Source of the DNA: Promethearchaeota archaeon
GTDB lineage: Archaea > Asgardarchaeota > Lokiarchaeia > Sigyniarchaeales > SOKP01
Reading direction: 5' to 3'
Assembly: GCA_011364925.1 (NCBI GenBank)
Contig: RDOA01000013.1
Location: 1-64,000 of the forward strand
Length of the DNA: 64,000 nucleotides
The notes under the pieces were generated by a model. The model saw only the letters and a list, made by a program, of their open reading frames with translations, was not told the DNA's origin and ran no database searches. Within the stretch, counting starts at the first letter, position 1; each line of letters starts with the position of its first letter. Below, piece after piece: positions 57,137 through 64,000 of this stretch. Made by a program: the position numbers and the translations under genes.

Positions 57137-58825
57137 TTAATACATATCGGGGGGCATTCCCATACCACCCATACCCGGACCACCCATACCACCCATCCCT
57201 GGTGGCATACCACCAGGAGGCATTCCAGGCGGGCCAGCACTTTTAGCTCCTGCAATAACATCGTCTATACGAAGAATCATAGAGGCTGCTTCAGTGGAGC
57301 TTTTAATTGCTTGCACTTTAACTATGGTAGGTTCGACTACACCAACGGACATCATGTTATCGATGACATCGCCCGTTTCGAGGTCGTGTCCTGCAAACTT
57401 GTTTCCTGCTTGGTGAGAGGCTCGTAATTTCATGAGCACTTCGATTTGGTCTAATCCAGCGTTTTCTGCGAGCGTTTTAGGGATAATGTCCAGGGTATCA
57501 GCGAAAACTTCGACAGCGAGTTGTTCGCGACCGCCTAGAGTCTGAGCAAATTTTCTCAACTGAATGGCAGTTTCAATCTCTGGAGCGCCACCGCCTCCAA
57601 CAACTTTTTGATCTTCTACGACATCTCTGACTACGCATAAAGCGTCGTGAATTGCTCTTTCCACTTCGTCAATGATGAGATCGGTTCCACCTCTGATAAG
57701 AATTACCACAGACTTAGGATCTTTACATTCTTCAATGAAAATCCAGCTATCGTTCATAATTTTGCGTTCTTCGACTAAACCAGCGTAGCCAAGCTTATCT
57801 TCGGTCACATCGTCAAGGTTGGTGAAAATCATTCCACCAGTGGCTTTTGAGAGTTTTTCCAAGTCAGATTTCTTAACGCGTCTGACGGCCATTACATTTG
57901 CTTTTGTGAGAAAGTGTTGCGCCATATCATCAATTCCCTTCTGACAGACTACAACATTAGCTCCCGAATTCACGATCTTTTCGACCATGGTTCTGAGCAT
58001 TCGTTCCTCTTCGTCGAGGAATTGTTGAATCTGATCTGGGCTGGTAATCTGAAGTTTCGCGTCAAATTCCGTTTTCTCAATTTCTAAAGCGCTTTGTAAT
58101 AAGAGAATCTTGGCGTCTTTAATGAGTTTAGGCATTCCAGGACTGACAACTTCTTTGTCCAAAATAATCCCTTTAATGAGGGAAGTTTCATCAATTGATT
58201 CTCCTTCCTTCTTTTGAATTTGGACTTTTTCAATGTCAGCGTCCCACTTACCATTCTCATCTTTTACGGCGATTGCTTTTATTGCGTCAATACAAATTTC
58301 AGCAAGCATTTCTTTTGACTCTGAAACGATTTTAGAGGACATACAAGTCATTGCAGAATTCTTTAATCCATCATTATCTTCAATTCCGCTTTTAATAGAC
58401 ATTTTATCTAAAATTTCAACGGATTTCTCAGCAGCTTTTCGAAAACCTTCGGTAATAACTGTTGGATGTATTTTTTGTTGTAAAAGTTTTTCAGCGCGTT
58501 TTAACAATTCACCGGCAAGGATTACGGAAGTAGTAGTGCCATCGCCTACTTCAGTATCTTGAGTTTTAGCGACTTCGACCATCATTTTTGCAGCTGGATG
58601 TTGAACATCGATTTCTTTTAGGATTGTAGCCCCATCGTTGGTAATAACTACGTCGCCAAATTGATCGACGAGCATCTTATCCATTCCTCGAGGTCCTAAA
58701 GAAGTTCGAACAGCTTCAGCAATAACTTTCGCAGCTGTGATGTTATTTTCCATAGCGTCTTTTCCACGGGTTCTTTCGGTCCCTTCCTTCATAATTAGGA
58801 TAGGTTGACCGCCTAATTGTGCCAT
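57137..58825 (-). CDS. ths: Thermosome (group II chaperonin) subunit
   Basis: 'SLGPRGMDKML', 'TNDGATIL', 'GDGTTT', 'GGGAPE', GGM-rich tail; higher GC typical of highly expressed genes. Confidence 0.96.
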   Translation of the reverse strand: MAQLGGQPILIMKEGTERTRGKDAMENNITAAKVIAEAVRTSLGPRGMDKMLVDQFGDVVITNDGATILKEIDVQHPAAKMMVEVAKTQDTEVGDGTTTSVILAGELLKRAEKLLQQKIHPTVITEGFRKAAEKSVEILDKMSIKSGIEDNDGLKNSAMTCMSSKIVSESKEMLAEICIDAIKAIAVKDENGKWDADIEKVQIQKKEGESIDETSLIKGIILDKEVVSPGMPKLIKDAKILLLQSALEIEKTEFDAKLQITSPDQIQQFLDEEERMLRTMVEKIVNSGANVVVCQKGIDDMAQHFLTKANVMAVRRVKKSDLEKLSKATGGMIFTNLDDVTEDKLGYAGLVEERKIMNDSWIFIEECKDPKSVVILIRGGTDLIIDEVERAIHDALCVVRDVVEDQKVVGGGGAPEIETAIQLRKFAQTLGGREQLAVEVFADTLDIIPKTLAENAGLDQIEVLMKLRASHQAGNKFAGHDLETGDVIDNMMSVGVVEPTIVKVQAIKSSTEAASMILRIDDVIAGAKSAGPPGMPPGGMPPGMGGMGGPGMGGMGMPPDMY

Positions 58826-59145
58826 TTTAAATTCACACTAATTTGTTTTTTTTTATAATTATTAATAGTTATATAATGATCTCTAAGTCATAAAATTAAA
58901 AAAGTTTACGAAAATTGTAATTTTTAAACCATGGCAGGGTGAGCTTTTAAAGTATTTCTTCAAGGGAATTTTTTTTCTATTTTTTCAATTGAATATTCAT
59001 CGAACTCAGACGCTGAATTTACTTTTCCATTCCGATTTCAAAGTAAATTGGGAGAAAATTTAAATTCAATATAAATTCTATATGCTAGGTGTAAATATTT
59101 TCAACATAGTACTATTTTATGATATTGCTCTGAGAATGGTTAGCT

Positions 59146-60057
59146 ATGAGTAAAATAAAATTTGGAGTAACAATAAATGGAGCGGTAGAAATGCAACATA
59201 GGTCAGATTACAATGCACTTAAAAAAATAGCAAAAGAATGTGAAAGTTTGGGTTATGATTCACTTTGGGCAATGGATCATCTTTTATGGGGAAATAGCAA
59301 TGAGGGGAATGTTTTCGAAGTATGGGTGCTACTTTCAGCACTTGCAATGGAAACCAAATCTATTAAACTCGGACCCTTGGTGGCTTGTAATTCTTTTAGA
59401 AATCCCGCTCTTACAGCTAAAATTACATCCACACTTGATGTTATCTCTAATGGAAGATTAATATTTGGTTATGGTGCTGGTTGGAAGGTAGAAGAATACG
59501 AAGCTTATGGTTTTCATTTTGAAGATTCAATCACAAGGGTGAACCAGATGAGGGAAGGAATAGTTTTAATAAAAAAGCTCTGGACTGAAGAAAAAACAAC
59601 TTTTAAAGGAAATTACTATGAAGCAAAAGACGCGATCTGTAATCCAAAGCCAATACAAAAACCACATCCTCCTATCATGATTGGTGGGGGAGGTGAAAAG
59701 TATACTCTAAAGGTTGCAGCCGAAATTGGAAATATTTGGAATGTATGGGGTCCTAACGCGGAAGATTATAAAAGAAAGGTGAATATTCTACAAAAGCATT
59801 GCGATACCATCGGAAGAAAAATGGAGGATATCTCTCTATCATGGACTGGTAATATTTTAATCGGGAAAAATGATAAAGATTTGAATGACAAAGTTAGAAA
59901 ATTTGGAAAAGATATTAGTTTTGTATGTACCTATAACAATTGCATAAATTTGCCACAAGATTATATAGATGTGGGATGTAATGAATTCATTTTTTCATTG
60001 TATACTTTTAATGAGGAAAAAGAGACCTTTATGGAAGAAATTGCTTCGTCATTTTAG
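59146..60057 (+). CDS. Luciferase-like (LLM) probable F420-dependent oxidoreductase
   Basis: 'GYDSLW.MDH', 'FRNPAL.AK...TLD.ISNGRL..G.GAGW...E', 'PKP.QKPHPPI.IGGGGEK'. Confidence 0.9.
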   Translation: MSKIKFGVTINGAVEMQHRSDYNALKKIAKECESLGYDSLWAMDHLLWGNSNEGNVFEVWVLLSALAMETKSIKLGPLVACNSFRNPALTAKITSTLDVISNGRLIFGYGAGWKVEEYEAYGFHFEDSITRVNQMREGIVLIKKLWTEEKTTFKGNYYEAKDAICNPKPIQKPHPPIMIGGGGEKYTLKVAAEIGNIWNVWGPNAEDYKRKVNILQKHCDTIGRKMEDISLSWTGNILIGKNDKDLNDKVRKFGKDISFVCTYNNCINLPQDYIDVGCNEFIFSLYTFNEEKETFMEEIASSF

Positions 60058-60121
60058 ATAGAATTTTATATAATATTGGGGATGCGGATTAGCGGAAGAT
60101 ATCAAGGAGAGTAATAAAAGA

Positions 60122-60628
60122 ATGAGGATTTTAGTATTTCTCCATGGAACCTGTATCATGCACAGGAATGCCTTAGGTCTATCAAGAATGCAAATAGTAC
60201 GGCAAGTTATTGAGAATACTGATGAATCAATCTCAGATTTTGCTTCCTATATTCCAATTGGTAGAGCTGTTAAGAAATTAACATCATGGCAAAATCAAGG
60301 GGCTGAGATTTCATATCTTAGTTCTCATTTAACTATTGAAAATATGAAAAAGGACGAAATGGTATTAAAAAAATATAATTTCCCTAATGGTACTATATTT
60401 TATCGGCAAAATGAAGAAGATTGGAATTTACAAATTGAAAAAGCAAAACCTGATCTAATAATTGAAGATGACTGCGAGAGTATTGGGGGAAAATATCAGA
60501 TGACATTCCCTAATCTTAAGCCGGAATTTCAATCTAATATAACTTCAATTGTTACAAAAGAATTTGCTGGAATTGACCATCTTCCTGATGATATAGATAA
60601 GCTAAAGGATTTTGCTGCTGAACTATGA
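60122..60628 (+). CDS. HAD-fold-like hypothetical protein lacking the canonical N-terminal Asp
   Basis: 'ILVFLHGT' in place of DxDGT, 'YLSS', 'IIEDD'. Confidence 0.55.
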   Translation: MRILVFLHGTCIMHRNALGLSRMQIVRQVIENTDESISDFASYIPIGRAVKKLTSWQNQGAEISYLSSHLTIENMKKDEMVLKKYNFPNGTIFYRQNEEDWNLQIEKAKPDLIIEDDCESIGGKYQMTFPNLKPEFQSNITSIVTKEFAGIDHLPDDIDKLKDFAAEL

Positions 60629-60794
60629 TATTATCCATAAGATTCTTCAAATGAATTTTCATTGAAATCAGACATTGAATGTCCCTTTCCCTTTTAAGAC
60701 AAAAGTTTTTGATAAATTTGTAAAAACTTTTATTGAATAGAATTATAACTAAACTTACCTTTGAATCCAAATATTAAAAATTAAAGTAAAAGAG

Positions 60795-61109
60795 GTGTGT
60801 TTCATGATTTTTATGGTAACGAATTGGTACCCATTTCATAAAGAAGAAGAAGTAGCCAAAATACAACTAAAAGTGCCTCAACAATTTCCACCTTATATTA
60901 AAAAATGGCAATTGTTTGGAACTGCTGACGGAAGAAGGGGTCTTAAAGGTTATGGTATTGTGTATACAGATCCCGAAAAAGTGGATGAAGCAGGAAGATA
61001 TATAACAAAAGTAATGAGTTTATTTAATGAAGTTGAAGGATATACCTGGAAAGTAGAACCGTTAATGGGTATGAAAGACTTTCAAAAAATGCAATCTCTG
61101 AAGCTGTGA
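60795..61109 (+). CDS. Small hypothetical protein (start likely MIFMV at 60804)
   Basis: Open frame; GAGGTG SD upstream. Confidence 0.7.
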   Translation: MCFMIFMVTNWYPFHKEEEVAKIQLKVPQQFPPYIKKWQLFGTADGRRGLKGYGIVYTDPEKVDEAGRYITKVMSLFNEVEGYTWKVEPLMGMKDFQKMQSLKL

Positions 61110-61381
61110 TTTTTTATCTGAAATATGCTATTTAGAAAACTAAATTTCTTTTTTTATTCTTTTTTTTGAAAATATAAGTTTTTAAACTTGAAGTAGTGCT
61201 TAATTTTCATTTTCAAAATAATCAAATATAAGAATAAAAAACCTATATGATGCTCTCTCGACGAAATTTCTGAAAGAGAAAAAAGGCACTGATATTAGGA
61301 TTCAGCTTAGGTTTTTATATTTCAAACGAATATTATAAATTAACATCTTGAAATGAAGAATCGAAATACTTACAATAGAGA

Positions 61382-62671
61382 ATGAAGAAATATAAACAAA
61401 TCCTATATCATTCAAATAGGTTAAGCACAGTTAAGAAGTGCTTAATTTCACTAATATCAGTCAACCTTTTTCTGGTAGTTCTATTTCAAGGACTACTTAT
61501 CTCCACAGATGTTTTACCTCTTAATAAAAAGATTGGTATTAAAGCATCAGTTCCACAATATTGGCCAACTAATGGCTGGCGCACCTCCCAACCTGAAATT
61601 CAAGGAATGAGTTCTGCAAAACTACAAGAATTGCATGCGTATATTCGTGATGCGGATTTACCGCTAGATTCAGTAATAGTGGTTCGGAATGGTTACATTG
61701 TTTATGAAGATTATCCTAACTCTCCTAGATATAGAGAACATACACTTCACATTCTCCATTCTGTAACAAAGAGTTTTACATCTGCTCTGACGGGAATTGC
61801 TATTCAGGAAGGTTACATCGGAAGCGTTCATGATACTGTTCTCTCTTACTTCCCTAACAGAACAATCGCCAATGTTGATGCATGGAAACAGAATATGACA
61901 CTGGAACATTTACTTAATATGATGGCAGGAATGGAATGGGATGAATGGACCTACCCATATTCAGATCCACGTAATGATCTTAACCAAATGGTTAACAGCG
62001 GTGATTGCATCCAATTTATGCTGGATAGAAATATGACGGCACCCCCAGGATCAGTCTGGCTTTACAATACCGGTGCTTCTCACCTTTTAGCAGGAATTAT
62101 TCGCCAAACTACGGGAAAAACACCACTTCAATACGGTTTTGAAGTCTTGTTTACCCCACTTGGTATAACAGATGTACAATGGACGAGTGATTCTCAAGGT
62201 CTCAATTTTGGGGGCAGCGAATTACGCCTTAAACCTCGTGATATGGCAAAGTTTGGATTCCTTTACCTTAATAATGGTACGTGGGATGGGCAACAGATTG
62301 TTCCAGAAGCTTGGGTTTCCCAATCACGCGAATCCGCAGTAATTCCTTGGAGTGGGACAGGGTATGGGTATCTATGGTGGAAATCTCAAAGCTTGGGTAC
62401 ATTTGAGGCTCGGGGACTTTATAATCAATGGATTATTGTAAATCCTGAAAACGATCTTGTAATTATTTTTACAGCAACTGATATCTACGGACATATTCCA
62501 ATTGTTTATCTAGTTAGAGATTTTATTATTTCAGCTATAGGGGTATTTCCCTTAGACGATGCGGTATTTCCGTGGGAAATGACATTAACTTTGTCTTTCA
62601 TTATTGGAGTTCCTAGTACAGTAATTATTATAGTAATGGTGCGAAAAAAAAAGCGGGTCAATAAAAATTGA
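61382..62671 (+). CDS. Membrane-anchored serine hydrolase (class C beta-lactamase-like)
   Basis: SxxK 'SVTKS', 'YNT', 'RDMAKFG.L.LN.G.W.G.QIVP..WV'; N- and C-terminal hydrophobic helices. Confidence 0.9.
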   Translation: MKKYKQILYHSNRLSTVKKCLISLISVNLFLVVLFQGLLISTDVLPLNKKIGIKASVPQYWPTNGWRTSQPEIQGMSSAKLQELHAYIRDADLPLDSVIVVRNGYIVYEDYPNSPRYREHTLHILHSVTKSFTSALTGIAIQEGYIGSVHDTVLSYFPNRTIANVDAWKQNMTLEHLLNMMAGMEWDEWTYPYSDPRNDLNQMVNSGDCIQFMLDRNMTAPPGSVWLYNTGASHLLAGIIRQTTGKTPLQYGFEVLFTPLGITDVQWTSDSQGLNFGGSELRLKPRDMAKFGFLYLNNGTWDGQQIVPEAWVSQSRESAVIPWSGTGYGYLWWKSQSLGTFEARGLYNQWIIVNPENDLVIIFTATDIYGHIPIVYLVRDFIISAIGVFPLDDAVFPWEMTLTLSFIIGVPSTVIIIVMVRKKKRVNKN

Positions 62672-62764
62672 AGTAGGCGTTTCGAATTTGGGAAGGAGAT
62701 TTCGAATAGTTTAATAATAGGATTAGAAGACTAAATCTTCAAAATTAAAAATGCAAAAATTTCT

Positions 62765-62926
62765 TTATTTTTGAAGTTCTCTTTTCTTTAAGCGTAAATC
62801 TTTAGATCTGCATCTACGACATTTTTTTGCTCTTAAGGGATTTAAAGCTCCGCATTTGCGACACACCGTTTTCATTAATAAGTGATGTCGCGCTATTTTT
62901 CTTTTATAAGGGTCATCGATCGGCAT
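62765..62926 (-). CDS. rpl40e: 50S ribosomal protein L40e (not in ORF track)
   Basis: Own translation [53 protein letters not shown]. Confidence 0.95.
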   Translation of the reverse strand: MPIDDPYKRKIARHHLLMKTVCRKCGALNPLRAKKCRRCRSKDLRLKKRELQK

Positions 62927-63167
62927 CTGATATTCACATTTATCTACTGATTTTTCTGTTCAATTTAATAATTTTTTAACTGTTATTCTTTTTGAAACTA
63001 TTATACTAAGCTTTTAATTTAGTTTCATTTAAAGAATAAATTGAAAAACATTGGAAAGCTAAAAAATTTTATGATATGATTACAGACTATAAAGAAATAA
63101 AGTAAAAATTAAAATTTTATAAATAATTTTAAGCTATAAGTTAGAGTCAAATTAATAACAAATTTAG

Positions 63168-63371
63168 TTGAAAAAGTTGCCAAGCGAGATATTTAACGAG
63201 GAAAAGTTTTTAGAATTAGCAAAGACTGCTGTCCATTGTCGGGTTAAACGAGTAAAAGATGTTGTGAAGTTGAAACTAAGGACCAAAAATCAGCTTTATA
63301 CATATAAGACGGATCCTGAGACTGCTGATCGACTTGTAAGAAATCTTACATGTGATATTTTAGAGATATAA
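63168..63371 (+). CDS. rpl38e: Ribosomal protein L38e (start likely TTG 63177)
   Basis: 'P.EI.....FL..A..A....VKR....VKLKLRT...LYT'. Confidence 0.85.
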   Translation: MKKLPSEIFNEEKFLELAKTAVHCRVKRVKDVVKLKLRTKNQLYTYKTDPETADRLVRNLTCDILEI

Positions 63372-63387
63372 GTGGAAAAGAAGCTAA

Positions 63388-63897
63388 ATGAAAAATCTTC
63401 CTGCGTGTAAAACATGTATAAATTCTGGATTTTTATGTACTAGTTGTCAAGATAAACTAGATACAGGAATTCTGACTCAATTTGAATTAGATTTAGCAAA
63501 AGATTTACTAGTTTTGGAAGATGAAGAACGTTTTGGATTTCTAAAAGAAATTTCTTTCTTCAAAGCAATTGACTTCGAAGACGTTGTTATATTCGTTATT
63601 GGAAAGAAAGATAAAATCAAAATCTCTCAAAACTTAATAAACTGGATAAAAGAAACGTACGAAATAGACGAGTTAATAATAGTCGAACAGACAAAAAATC
63701 CTCGAGTTGCTTTAGAAAGTATAATTGCTCCAAGCAAATTAATTTCACTTAACGAAATTTTTCTCGCTACTGGAGACATTGAATTTAAAGGAGTTCTCTC
63801 TAAAAAAGATCAAGATACTATCTTATTTACTAAGGAAGAACTTGAAGAATTAATTCTTGAACTCACCGGCAAAATTATTCGAATTGAATTTGAATAA
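63388..63897 (+). CDS. Archaeal NusA-like KH-type protein with N-terminal Cys4 motif
   Basis: 'PACKTC..SG.LC..C..K...G....E.D'; KH-like remainder. Confidence 0.7.
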   Translation: MKNLPACKTCINSGFLCTSCQDKLDTGILTQFELDLAKDLLVLEDEERFGFLKEISFFKAIDFEDVVIFVIGKKDKIKISQNLINWIKETYEIDELIIVEQTKNPRVALESIIAPSKLISLNEIFLATGDIEFKGVLSKKDQDTILFTKEELEELILELTGKIIRIEFE

Positions 63898-63957
63898 GAG
63901 TAATTGCTTTATTTCTCAATTTCTTAATTTCATATTATCGAATAGGTTTGATATATT

Positions 63958-64000
63958 GTGGATGAATATAAACAGATTATCTTAGTGCGGACTGATTTAA
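63958..64000 (+). CDS. pth2: Peptidyl-tRNA hydrolase Pth2 (5' fragment, runs off the window end)
   Basis: GTG start, MDEYKQIILVRTDL, matching the Pth2 N-terminal 'YKQ.IVVR.DL' motif; only 14 codons visible. Confidence 0.7.
   Translation, partial: MDEYKQIILVRTDL

Noticed and set aside
57137-58825. Higher-GC segment as a horizontally acquired island
   Set aside because: It coincides exactly with the thermosome CDS; codon bias of a highly expressed gene explains it.
836-61909. Remaining short track ORFs overlapping annotated genes or AT-rich spacers (e.g. 836, 2416, 12018, 29266, 35464, 47290, 58233, 60552)
   Set aside because: Antisense or alternate-frame shadows with no recognisable motifs.

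Overview
AT-rich (roughly 30% GC by eye), gene-dense archaeal chromosome segment that is almost certainly from an Asgard archaeon (Lokiarchaeia-like). Evidence: a Loki-type profilin, four Rab/Ras-like small GTPases, several longin-like domains, two V4R proteins, L38e and L40e, archaeal TBP, thermosome, CDC48, PSTK, tetraether synthase and a reductive dehalogenase-like gene. About 65 CDS were found, five of them absent from or truncated in the ORF track. I saw no rRNA, tRNA, CRISPR array or mobile element. Main leads: (1) an orphan protein of about 12 exact 35-aa helical repeats with a nebulin-like P..S/D-E-K-A-F register, a candidate actin-filament ruler or binder; (2) two V4R + small GTPase modules, one with a thioredoxin; (3) a GC-rich ~115-nt structured-RNA candidate upstream of the tetraether synthase; (4) longin domains fused to a polytopic membrane protein and to a winged-helix domain; (5) three genes whose coding frame extends upstream with no ATG/GTG/TTG; (6) stacked TATA boxes upstream of tbp. 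Family calls come from motif recognition only; no database searches were run.
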